From: a virus | Taxonomy: Duplodnaviria > Caudoviricetes | Direction: 5' to 3' (one strand) | DNA length: 64,000 bases | IMG/VR virus record: IMGVR_UViG_3300031867_000005 | Coordinates: 32,001-96,000 of that record | Part shown: in pieces, positions 1 through 11,176 of the stretch | Position numbering within the stretch: the first letter of the stretch is position 1 | Layout: each line of letters opens with the position of its first letter | Program-made: the position numbers and the translations under genes | The notes under the pieces: generated by a model | Told to the model about the DNA's origin: nothing | The model's input: the letters and a program-made list of their open reading frames with translations, nothing else | Database searches by the model: none

Positions 1-3000
1 GGCAGATTTCTCAACTGCTACCCAATAGATGACAGCGGCTTAATAAACACGCAAGGTCGCTTTAAAATATTTTAATTGCTGGAAAGTTCTTAGAGATGAT
101 AAAACCACAACATAAAAAGAAATTTTAAGTGTGAAGGTTTAAAAATTTATCAAATTGAATAATCAGCAGCGAAGAATCTATTCTAGATTAACGTTCAACG
201 ACTATCCCGTAATGGGAGTAGAATTTAAGTAAATTCGAAAAGGATATGAAAAAGATATAGTCTAAACTTTAAGGAAACTTAAAGCAGTTCATAAGAGAAC
301 GCATTGGAATTAACGACTTCAATGGAATGTAAATGTTGCGTGGTTTCCATATGGAAATGGATGAAGGCGCACGAGTAACCGACGTATATTCTGAATTAGC
401 AGCCCATGCGGCAGCGGATGTAAATGGTATCGCTTATGCGATGAGTAAAGCGGCATCAATTGGTGCTTAAAATGTTCAAATTGCTGGAACACCTTAAAGA
501 TTATTATGCTAAAAGTTTTTTAAAACTAATGCGGCGAAAGCAGAAACAAATAATAATATGGCATATGGAATGATTAACCTAAGTGCTTTATAATAGGCAA
601 TCAGCAGCTAAATGGAGGAGAAAAAAATGAGATTTGAAGAAAAAATAAAATATGTGTTTGATAGTAATGATATTACAATAATAGAATTAAAAGGCGAAAA
701 GGAAAAGATTAAGTATTTTTGTAATTGCTGTAATAAAGAGTATGAGTATAAATGTGCAAGAAATCTTTTTTCAAAAATAAGTCTTTGTAAGGATTGCTAT
801 AATCCTTTTTCTCGTTGGAATAAAGAGAGCATTCAAGATAGGCTAAATAAATTATTTCCAGAATCTTAGATTGAAGTAATTGAATTTTTAGGTCTAAGAA
901 AAGGTGGAAAAGTTAAATGTTTAAAATGTGGAACAATTGAAGACGTGAAGAATTTTGATGCTCTCTTTTGTGCTAGAAAAGATTATTTTTGTAATAATTG
1001 TGAGAAAGAATTGAATAAGATTTATAAACATATGGAAGAGGAATTAAACTTAGGATACTTAACTTTGTTGTCGTGGAATGGGGTTAATAATAAGAGTAAG
1101 TTTAAATGTAATAGATGCGGTCATGTGTTTGAGAAGATTGTTAATAGGAAGTTTAGTGGGAAGATTTGCCCTAATTGTTCAAAGGTTTGTAATAAGTTTT
1201 CTTTTGAAGAAGGACAAGAACTTTTGAATAGAAAAGGGAATAATGAGTATACTCTATTATAGTATGCTGGCACAAATAAGAGAAGTTTAATTAGACATAA
1301 ATGTGGATTTATTTATTCGACAAGACTTCTTAATTTTGAAAACACTAAAGGTTGTCCTAAGTGTTATAAAAAGATTTCTAAAGAAATATTATCTAATCAA
1401 TAATATTGCTTTTAATTTCTCCAAAATAAGTTCAACGACTATCCGAAAGGAGTAGCTTCAAGTGAAGCGAAGGAACATTGAAAAAAATATAGTCTATTCT
1501 TTAAGGAAACTTAAAGCAGTTCATAAGAGAACGCATTGGAATTAACGACTCCAATGGAATATGAAAAAACAATTGCAAATAACGCTGGTATGAGCTTCGA
1601 AACGACAGCAGCGTTTATAACTAATATGATAGAGACGACATAGGAGGCACCCAGAGACCAATCGGGAGTCAGACTCACAGTATGCCTCAAAAACTTAACT
1701 TTTGTTTCATTTTGTGATATACTAATAGTAGAAAAATGAAAAAGAGGAGTGATAGTTATGGCATATGGATATGTCTATTACAGTAAGAATGAAATAAATG
1801 GAAAAATGTATATCGGAAAGGTGACGGCGCAAACTCTTTCTTCTAGGCCCAATTATCGTGGTAGCGGTATAGATTTGAAAGAGGCATTGGAGGAATATGG
1901 AAGTAAAAACTTCTCAATACATTTCCTCGCTGAAGCAAATAGTAGCGAAGAATTAACTCAATTAGAAAAATATTATTTAATTTACTATAAAATCCCAAAT
2001 GAAAATTTTTATAACATTAATCTTGCTACTTCTAATAGTGAGCAATCAAATTACTTTAATAAGAATAATAAGAAAGGAACTAATTTAAGAGATATTATTT
2101 GTTATAATATAAAAACAAAAGAAACTTATGTATTTAATAATTTAATACAATTTTGTAGAGAACATGGCTTTAGTCGTGGATGTATTTTTAATGTAATGTC
2201 TGGACAAAGAGTTACCCATAAAGACTGTGTTTTTTGGTATTCTGATTATCCCATATCCTCTGACGCATTAAATTGGATTATTAATTACAAATTAAAAACC
2301 ACTTATAAAACGAAATACATAAAGATTGCAGAAGTTAAAGAAGAATTAAGTAATTGCTACAAAAAAGCCCAAAATAAGCTTGAAAAATTCGAGTTCCACG
2401 GATATTATATAGAAGATAATAAAGAGATAAAAATTGACTGGAAAGAACTTGAAAAATTTCAAAGTTTAATTTATAGAGATGGAGAATCTCCAAAGCCAGA
2501 AAAAGTTATTGATACAGTAGAACTCAATACAGAAGATGATAAAAAATTTGAGGATATAACCCGTCCTCATGAATATGTATTGGTTAGTAAGGACCACACT
2601 TTATATTTTTCCTATAATGAAATCAATAATTTAACAAAGATATACACAGACCTGTCAGCTCGTCTAGTTAGACAGGCAATTAATAGAAAACAGAAAACTG
2701 TAATGAACAGAAAATATCAACTGATTATTCTCGATTGAGGGCACATAATAAGTAATTATTATGTGAACTGCATTGAATTGACGGGAAACACCTTAGAGCT
2801 TTTGCTACTAAATAATATTAGTAATAATATTACGGTAAAAGATAACGCTTTTAGTATAGTAAAAAAGCAAAAGATTGGTCAACCCGCAGCCGAGTCCCAT
2901 TACTACTAATGGAAACAGGTTCAACGACTATCGGAAATTTTGCCCCGTTAGGCTTCAAGTGAAGCCGAAGTAATGCACCTCTTTTTGAAGAGGAAGATAT

Positions 3001-6000
3001 AGTCTGAGCATATAGGGAAAGTCTATAGCAGCCTTTTAATTAAGGCGAGGTAGATTAACGACCTACCTGAACATTACTGGAAAACATCAACACTGGTGTC
3101 CTTATGGTATAATACATAAACCATAATGGAAAAATTCTCTCTGATTGACTTGGACATCCAGAAGTGGATTACAGGGCGGAAGCTCATCGAATTTATTCGA
3201 GTAAGCACCGTGAACGACTGAGTGAGAGAACCCCATTTCGATGGGGATGCGACAGTCTCATCTTTGGTATAACTTAAAAAAAGAAGCCAAAGGCACTATA
3301 TGTGCGGCTATTTAAGATTTTCTTTAAATGGCTAAGGTATTGCGGTACGGCTTTAAAGACTATTAACTAATAGTAGTCTAAAAATCTTCTTAATTGCTGG
3401 AAAATCCTTAGAGTCTATTAGACCTAAACAATTACGAAAGTGTTGACAATTTAATTTTGAATTGTGGTAAAATATTTATAGAATTGGATAATCAGCAGCT
3501 AATCTGCTAAGGAGGAGTTTTAATTAAAAATGAGTGAAAGAAAAATTATAATTTTAGATGGAATTGAGTTTGATTATTATATATATTCCGATGGGAAATG
3601 CTAGAATAAGATTACAAATAATTTTTTAAAAGGGTCTATTAACAATGGTTTCTTAAATTATTATCTAAGAAAAGGAAAAATCCAAAAGAACATAGCAGCA
3701 CACAGACTAGTGGCTTTAATGTTCTTGGAAAACCCAAATAATCTTCCAACTGTTCAACATATTGATGGGAATAAGTTGAATAATAATGTTGATAATCTGC
3801 GTTGGGTAACTTACTCTGAAAGTTCGAAGAAAGCAGATCACTCTCACGTTAAGAACAGTCGCCCAGGTTATAAGTATTATACAGAATTAGAGAAAATTGA
3901 AGGGGAAGTGTGGGAACAATACAGAGATACTCATTTATATTTTTCTAATCTAGGAAGACTGAGGAATAGTAAGACTAATAGATTGTTAGTATAGCATACA
4001 TCAAAAGAGGGATACAATTATTATTCCCCAAAGCTTGATGGAAAGACAAAGAAAATTCTTACTCACCGTGGAGTTTATGAAAGTTTTTATAAGATTGAAC
4101 TGAAAAAAGAAGATTAGATTGATCATATAGATGGGAATAAGAAGAATAATAATTTAGAAAATTTAAGACTATGCACAGCATAGGAAAATTGTTTTATATA
4201 GATCTGAAAGATTAAAGAAAACTCCCTAAGCGGCAAGTTCAACGACTATTGGTGATGAATGTAGCCAAGTAAAACCTTTAGGTTTAAAAAAGGAGACATC
4301 TATAGTATAGATGAAGATATAGTCTAATCCCTTGCAAATATCTCGAAAGAGAGGGTAGAAATGTATAGCTAGATTTACAGAGCTAAAAGAAAACGTAGAT
4401 GCGTCTGAATCAGAATTTGATGATTTAGATTACAATAAGGTAGATAAAGCCTTAAAAAGTGTGGGCATTTCAATTAAAGATGCCCAAGGACAATTTAGAG
4501 ATTTGGACGACGTATTTCTTGAGTTGAGTTCTAAATGGGATTCTTTATCGAGAAATACACAAAGATATATTGCAACTATTGCGGCTTAAATTACGGGTCG
4601 CATTAAACCCTTTGAATTGCGGGGACTTAACTTAATTCTAGAATACTAAGCGTTCATCAACGTGGCAATGGGTAATTCCAAAGGTAAAGTAAAAAGTTTT
4701 AGAATGTTATAATCCGCAGCTAAGAATTAATTATCAGAATGGTAATTGATTAAAGTTCAACGACTATCGAAAACATAGTATAAGAGAAAGACTTATATGA
4801 AGAAGTGAGTAGAGTAGGATTTAAAAAAAATCCGAAGTGGAGGGCAATTATTTATTGGTTACAGAGAAATAATTGAAGATATAGTCTATATTTAATAAAT
4901 ATGGGTAGTAGACAACAATCACGTTTTATTGCGATTTCTTTAGAAGTCTAATTACATAGTAATATGTAATTAAAGCTCTTTGAATTGCTGGAAAATCCTA
5001 AAGCTAATTATACTAAAACAGAAGGATGAGATAAGCCTAAATGGAAAAGTTACGAAAGTAGAAAAAAATAATTAGATAATATATGGTGTAAACCTAAGTA
5101 TTACTAAAAATGGATAATCAGCAGCCAAGCTTTGATGAGGAGAAGGTTCAACGATCATTCGTAAGAAGTAGGGTTCAAGTGAATTCGAAGTGGAGAGCAT
5201 CCTATTGAGTATAAGTAGGATGAAGATATGATCTATACTTTATTGAAAGATAAAGAACAATTTATAGTTGTTTTTCTAGATTAACAAACTAGGAATAATA
5301 TATTAGGATGGAAGACTACGACAGAACAATGGAACTCGTAGAAACAGCACAAGATTCTGCTGGAAAGAGTTCTGAACAGTTTGCAAAATATCAAGACACA
5401 TTAGAGTATAAATTAAATCAATTAAAAAATACATGGGAGCAAATTAGAACAACCTTTATTAATAGCAATTTCTTTAAAGATGTTGTTGATATGGCAAATG
5501 ATGCTTTAGGTAAAATAGCAGATATTGATTTACAAAAAGCTTTACCTCTTGTTGTAATGATAACGCCATTAATAAAAAGGTCTATTGAAATTATTTCAAA
5601 AGGTTTTATGGATAGTGCAAATACTTTAGGAAAAGTTGGAAGTGTAATAGGAAAGACCTTAGGAGAGAAGTTAAATAAAACATTAAAGGATACAACGCAA
5701 AAACTTAATAACTTAGAGGTAAAGCTTAGTCTTAACCAAGCAGCTAAGAAAAAACTAGAAAAACAGATTGATGAAGTTAAAAGTAAACTGAAAGAGTTAT
5801 AGTTAGAAAAAAGAATATAGAATAATAGAAAATCAAATATAGAACAAGAACTTGATAAAATAAAAGAAAAAGAAGAAGAACTTACCACTTCTATGAAAGA
5901 AAATGCGGGAAAAAGAGATCAAATTCAAAAAAGAATGGCATAGCTTAGTGAGTCAGAAAATGGAAAAATAACTGAAGAATATAAGAATTTAGAAAAAGAA

Positions 6001-9000
6001 TTAGAAGAATTAACCGCAGAGTATGGGAATTTAGATAGAGAAAGATATAAAGCATAGAACACAAAAGATGAGGAAGCTCGTCTTTTAACAGACGTAGAAG
6101 ATTCCTTAACAACGTTAGATGAAAGAACGGAACAATATGAAGGACATTTAAGTGAACTAGAAGGAAGTCTTGGAGATGTAAATGAGAGACTTGAAGAATA
6201 GTAGGATGCAGCGGATGAATTGAATGAAAATGAAGAGCTTCTTAATGAAAGTGCTAAAAATGCATCCGATGCCTTGACTTTAGCAGGAACTACTATTGCT
6301 GGAGTCACTACAGCTTTACTTACGGGAGCAAATGCAACTGATACTTTTAAAACCGGCATGTTATCACTCGGCATTGCATTAGCTGGAATGGTTACTAAAA
6401 TAGTCAATTTCGGAATTGAAGCAGCGGTGGCTGCCGCAGTAAGTGGGGAAAGTATTGGAGTAGCTCTTGGAGAAGGACTAAAAAATGGCTTTATTGCAAC
6501 GAAAGTCGGCATTATTATTGTGGCTGCTGCAGCTGCACTTGTCGCTTTAATTACAGGAATTAAGGCTTATATGGAATTTTATGATAGATAGCATAAAACA
6601 ATAGAATAGCAACTAAAGGATGCGGAAGAGTCCTTAGAGGAACTTGAAAAGGTGGAAGCTGAAAAAAGTAATAAAGCGAGAGACGAGGCAGAAACTTATA
6701 AAAGTACCAAAAGTTTAATGGAAGAATATGATGAATTAAGTAAGAAATTAGTAAAAACGACCGAAGAACAAGAAAGATGGAATGAATTAATAGGAGAAAT
6801 AAATGAACAGTTCCCAGAAATTATAACTTCTTATGACGAAGCTAATGGCAAAATTACTTTACAAAGAGATTTATGGTAGGAAATTAACGATTTACAAAAG
6901 GAGTCTGCTTAGCAAGCTCAAATGGAGGCTAGTGTAGCTGGTTCGGCAACAGTTGGGGAAAAGAGAAGGATTGCTAATTTAGAGTTATCTTCTGAATTAG
7001 ATAAACGACATCAGACTTAGAAATCTATTAATGCACTAAAAAATATACAAAATAGTGATTATTTTGTTCTTTCTCCTGAAATGATAAAAAACACTTTTTC
7101 CAATTCTTCTCTTGCAAAAGAATATCAATAGGCTTACAAAGTTGATTTCTCTAAATTAGATGATGCCGGATGGTAGCAATTTTATAAGAATATACAAGAT
7201 TAGAATTCAGAAGGGTGGAAGACGTTATAGAAGTATCTTGATAATATAGAAGAAAAAGCAACGGATGCTTATAATCAATAGACAGCATACTATGATACTC
7301 TTGAAAAATAGAATATCTCTTCTTATTTATAGTCTGGAGGAACAGATTCTAATGTTGCCAATTTTGTGGCATCTGGAGCATATAATAAAAGAGGTTCCAA
7401 TAGTAATAAATATAATATTACGACTCAAAGTTTGGATGCTAAATCTGGATTTTTTAATAACGTCCATAATGATTACGTAGAATGGAAGCAGTTAACAGAT
7501 GATTAGAGAGAAATCCTTACAGCTATGAAAAAAACAGAAGAAGAGTGGAATAAAGAAAGGATAGATTTAGTAGATGATGCTAATTTTAATGCACAATACA
7601 GAGAAGCTGTAAAGATTTACGACGCTAATAAAAGAGCAGAGGAAATAATAAAAGCACTAAATGACTCTTAGGAAGCTTTTATTCAAGATTATATGACAAA
7701 TTACTCCTCAATGACAGAACAAGAAATGACTGTTGCTGAAGAAACCATTAAAGGATATATAGAAGGACTTGACAATGACTTAAGGGAAACTGGTCTTAGT
7801 TCATTAGCTGAATGGAAAGCAGATTTTGACTAGCAGAAAAGAGATATAGCTACACAAGTATCTAATATCTTAGATAAAGACTGGACAGATTTTTAGAATT
7901 GGACCATTGATTAGCTTTCTGCTTACAATACCCTACTTCAAGATGCGTTTAATGAATTCGGTTAGGGCGGTGGAAAAGAATACGTACAAGGACTAAATAG
8001 TCTTTTTGACGGGCTTGATCCAAGTAAAATAAACTAGGCATTAAATGAAATCAATTGGGATACTGCAAATGCTATAAACTGGGAAGAATTTAGAAAAACT
8101 TCAATTGAAAAATTGAAAGAACTAGGCATTCCAGGTGCAGAAGCCTTTTTTGATGAATGGGCTGAATATGAACAAAAATTTGGACATTTAAGTATAAGTT
8201 TAATAGATGAAGATAAAGTTGAGGAATATCTTGAAGGAATAAAAGAAAAAGTAGACGCAATAAACGGAAGTCGTGGGGATATTGCAGAGCTTGCCGCAAA
8301 AGTTAATTAGGGCATAGCATTAGATTATGATGAATATGCAAAATATGCTAAAGCTATTGAAGAAATGGGATTAACTGTTGAAGATTATCTTAATATTGAT
8401 GCAGATGGAAATATTTTAGCGAACGCAGAAAAAGTTTAGACTTTGTGGCAAGATGCTTATCAATAGTAGATCACAGATATTGAAACATAGATAAGTAATC
8501 TTGACGAAGAATATAGGATATAGTTAAATCAAATAAACGCAACACATGAGAGAAATCTTGAAGAAATAGAACTTTTAGAAATAATGAGTGAACAGACAAA
8601 AGAGCAGAAAAGATAGGAAGCAAGTTAGCATAGAATGATAGCGAATAACCTTAGAGCAGAAAAGAGATACACTTTTGCACATGTTCATGATTCAGAAGCA
8701 AAAAGAATAGAATAGGAGATAAATGGGTCAGTAGAAAGTGAAAAGAAAAGACAAGAATTAATAGATGCAGAAAATCAACGATGGGAAAATCAAAAGCAAG
8801 GCTTGATGACAGGTCGAGAATCAGCAAGACTGACTTTAGCCAAAGAACTAGATCGTTATAGAAAAACATACAATGCAGCATTTAAAGCATACCAAGAAGA
8901 TAACAAAAATTCTAATGACAAAATATTAGAAGATTAGAAAAAACTATTAGAAAACGTCGAAAAAGCTAACGAAGACTATGCAAAAACAGTTGAAGATAAT

Positions 9001-11124
9001 TAGCAAAAAGTTGCTGATGCTTGGGAGAAAGTTGCTGATGCTCAATAGAAAGTTCAAGATTCCTTAGATTAGATTACAGAAAAAGAGCAAGACGTTATCG
9101 ATAAAACTAAAGAATTAAATGATATTATATATGGTGATGGGACTTATCGTAGTTCTCTTGACCCAATGTATAACTATAACAATAGACTCGACTCAATAAA
9201 TGAAAGACTTAGTGATACAAAAGACGCTTTAGATAACTTAAATCCTTATGAAGATCCATAGCAATATATTCAATAGTATGAATAGTTGGCTCACGAAGGT
9301 TTTGTTAATCGAGCTGCTTAGAGAGAAGTTTATTAGGGAAGAATTAATAATACTTGGAATGCCGCCAATTCTGGACTATCAGATTTAATTGCAAGACAAA
9401 ATGCTAAACATGGCACTAATATGGAAGCAGATTTAGGAAAATATATTTTATTTGATGGCGAAGCATATGGAATTGATTTTAGTTACTAGGGTGCATCGGT
9501 TAATGATGAGATAAAGAAATTCTTAGAAGATCAAGTTAATATATTAAATGATAGTGCAAAGAAAATTAAGGAATTAAATAAAGCAGATAAAGAATAGTTA
9601 AAACAAATGGAAGAAATGAGAAAAAGTGCGAGAGAAAAAATAATTTCAATTGATGAGAGCTATGCTAAATATTTAGAAGACCAGGCTAAAAAAGAAGTTG
9701 ATATTGAAAAAGAAAAATATGATTCCATGAAAGAAGCTAATGATGATTATTTGTCTGCACTAGAAGACGCAATTAATAAAGAAAGAGAGTTAAGGCAAAG
9801 ACAAGATGAATGGGATAAACTTGCAACAAAAGAGAAAAAATTATCATTAATGCAAAGAGATACTTCTGGTGCTAATTAGAAAGAAATTTTAACTTTGGAA
9901 TAGGAAGTTCAAGATGATAGAGAAAAATTATTAGATTCTTCAATTAATGACGTTATTGATTCTATGAAAGAGTTATACGAATTATAGCAAGAAACAAGAG
10001 AAATGGAATTGGAATATCAAGAAAAAGTCCTCGAATCAACCAATTGGATGAAGTTAGCAGAAGAAGCTAGAAATGGAATTAATAGCGTAGATGAAGCAAT
10101 TGAAATGTTTACTAAGACAGCCTTAACAGAATATGGAGATAATATTAAAACGATTGAAGACTTAACTATGGAATAGAAAGAAGAATTGCTTGCAAAAGCA
10201 CAAGAGACTGTAGGCGGAATGATAGCTAGTTAGGAAATATTAAAGAGTAATATTAATAGTTCAGTTGATTAGTTAGGTAATGATATAGGAGTAATTACTA
10301 ATGTAACAGCTGAAGAAGTTAGCTCAACTATTCTTAGCACAAGTGAGAATTTAACTTCTGAAGCCGAGTATAATTTGTCATAGGTAGAGACTGCTGTTGA
10401 TGATGCAATTACAAAAGGAGAACAAGCTCTTACAGATGCAATTAAAGAGGTTTAGAATGCTAGGGATAATTATATTAGTGCGTTAGCAGATTTAGAAGAA
10501 GCCTAGAAAGAAGCTAGAGAAGCTGAAGCAAATGCTCGTGAGGCCGAAGGAGCTGCAAATGAAGCAAGACAACAGGCTTTGGCAGACGCCGCTTAGTATG
10601 ATGCTTTGAAATAGAAATATGGTAATTTTAATGATGATGACCGTATTAATGTAGATACTCTTAGTTCAGACCAATTGAGAGCAAATATCTATGCAGCTAT
10701 GGGAATGGCTGGCGGGACTGAATTTTTAAATGGAAAACCCTCTCCTGATGACCAAAGAAGAGTTCTTAGAGGATATCCAAATTATTATGAATCCGGCGGC
10801 CTTGTCGATTACACGGGTCCAGCTTGGGTTGATGGAACACCTTCAAAACCAGAAGCTTTCCTATCAGCAGAAGATACTCAAAGAATTGGATTTGCCGCAC
10901 AACTCCTCTCTAAAATTCCTCTCCTTAGCAGCGACGACTTTGACAACGTATCAACTTCAATTACAAATTCTTCCGTTACTAATGAAGGAAGTTTAATAGA
11001 AGTTCACATTAATATAGAGAACATTTCAAACGATTTAGACTTAGACAATGCATTAGACAGAATGAAAAATGCGATTTGGGATGCTGCAAAACCAGCTGGT
11101 TCAGCTGTAATTCTTTCAAAATAA
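1..11124 (+). CDS. Tape measure protein, 5'-partial, spliced and TAG-recoded. Predicted exons: <1-40, 336-456, 1570-1652, 3080-3087, 3343-3363, 4364-4586, 4904-4935, 5307-11124
   Basis: Joined exons keep frame and read ADFSTATQQMTAA-LRGFHMEMDEGARVTDVYSELAAHAAADVNGIAYAMSKAAS-IANNAGMSFETTAAFITNMIETTQEAP-ENI-GTALKTI-IARFTELK...RYIATIAA-GSRQQSRFIAM-MEDYDRTMEL, resembling a TP901-type tape measure core. ORF-track fragments 5308, 6220, 6652, 8113, 9607 and 10675 share one frame, interrupted by TAG where I checked, ending TAA 11122-11124. Coiled-coil and transmembrane-like segments present. Confidence 0.9.
41..335 (+). mobile_element. Group I intron 1 of tape measure gene (no ORF)
   Basis: P1 GCGGCU/GGUCGC with U.G pair; core elements AATTGCTGGAA, AATCAGCAG, GTTCAACGACTA, AAGATATAGTCT; terminal G335. 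Confidence 0.9.
457..1569 (+). mobile_element. Group I intron 2 of tape measure gene, ORF inserted in the P6 region; 3' splice site ambiguous (1569 or 1575)
   Basis: P1 GGCAU/GUGCU; core AATTGCTGGAA, AATCAGCAG, GTTCAACGACTA, ATATAGTCT; 3' domain nearly identical to intron 1. Confidence 0.82.
627..1403 (+). CDS. Intron-encoded multi-zinc-ribbon protein (258 aa), probably a homing endonuclease lacking its C-terminal nuclease domain
   Basis: GGAGGAG RBS. ORF-track pieces 612 and 945 join through TAG 867 and 1260. Repeated CxxC pairs; ends CPKCYKKISKEILSNQ. Confidence 0.75.
1653..3079 (+). mobile_element. Group I intron 3 of tape measure gene, with GIY-YIG ORF ahead of the ribozyme core
   Basis: Core at ~2740-3079 (AATTGACGGGAA, AACCCGCAG, GTTCAACGACTA, AAGATATAGTCT); terminal G3079. 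Splicing restores EAP-EN. The 5' exon ends in C rather than U. Confidence 0.8.
1749..2738 (+). CDS. GIY-YIG homing endonuclease (intron-encoded)
   Basis: N-terminal GYVYYSKNEINGKMYIG motif followed by NUMOD-like repeats. AGGAG RBS; upstream TG-A-TATACT extended -10. Confidence 0.85.
   Translation: MIVMAYGYVYYSKNEINGKMYIGKVTAQTLSSRPNYRGSGIDLKEALEEYGSKNFSIHFLAEANSSEELTQLEKYYLIYYKIPNENFYNINLATSNSEQSNYFNKNNKKGTNLRDIICYNIKTKETYVFNNLIQFCREHGFSRGCIFNVMSGQRVTHKDCVFWYSDYPISSDALNWIINYKLKTTYKTKYIKIAEVKEELSNCYKKAQNKLEKFEFHGYYIEDNKEIKIDWKELEKFQSLIYRDGESPKPEKVIDTVELNTEDDKKFEDITRPHEYVLVSKDHTLYFSYNEINNLTKIYTDLSARLVRQAINRKQKTVMNRKYQLIILD
3088..3342 (+). mobile_element. Group I intron 4 of tape measure gene (no ORF; core sequence differs from the other six)
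   Basis: P1 ACAU/GUGU; core GTGAACGACTGA...GCGACAGTCT, P3 TTCTCTC/GAGAGAA; terminal G3342. Splicing restores ENI-GTALKT. Confidence 0.82.
3364..4363 (+). mobile_element. Group I intron 5 of tape measure gene, carrying an HNH ORF
   Basis: P1 AGACUAU/GUAGUCU; standard P/Q/R/S core; terminal G4363. Splicing restores KTI-IARF. Confidence 0.88.
3530..4207 (+). CDS. Intron-encoded HNH homing endonuclease with two tandem HNH units (225 aa)
   Basis: GGAGGAG RBS; motifs HRLVA...VQHIDGNKLNNNVDNLRW and HRGVY...IDHIDGNKKNNNLENLRL; open frame if TAG=Gln; ends TGA. Confidence 0.85.
4587..4903 (+). mobile_element. Group I intron 6 of tape measure gene (no ORF)
   Basis: P1 UGCGGCU/GGUCGCA; core AATTGCGGGGA, AATCCGCAG, GTTCAACGACTA, AAGATATAGTCT; terminal G4903. 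Confidence 0.88.
4936..5306 (+). mobile_element. Group I intron 7 of tape measure gene (no ORF)
   Basis: P1 GAU|UUC...GAAGUC; core with compensatory P7 change (GACGATCA-type R, GATATGATCT S); terminal G5306. Splicing restores FIAM-MEDY. Confidence 0.85.
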
Positions 11125-11131
11125 AAAAAAT

Positions 11132-11159
11132 AAGAGTCCCTTATTATAGGGACTCTTTT
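11132..11159 (+). terminator. Rho-independent terminator after tape measure gene
   Basis: AAGAGTCCCT-TATTAT-AGGGACTCTT hairpin followed by a T tract. Confidence 0.75.
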
Positions 11160-11176
11160 CTTAAGAGGTGAATAAA

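Noticed and set aside
5418-6512. Antisense ORFs (5418-5888, 5925-6512) and similar shadow ORFs opposite dut, gyrA, gyrB and ligase
   Set aside because: They are reverse-frame shadows of well-supported genes, with no RBS or motif support.
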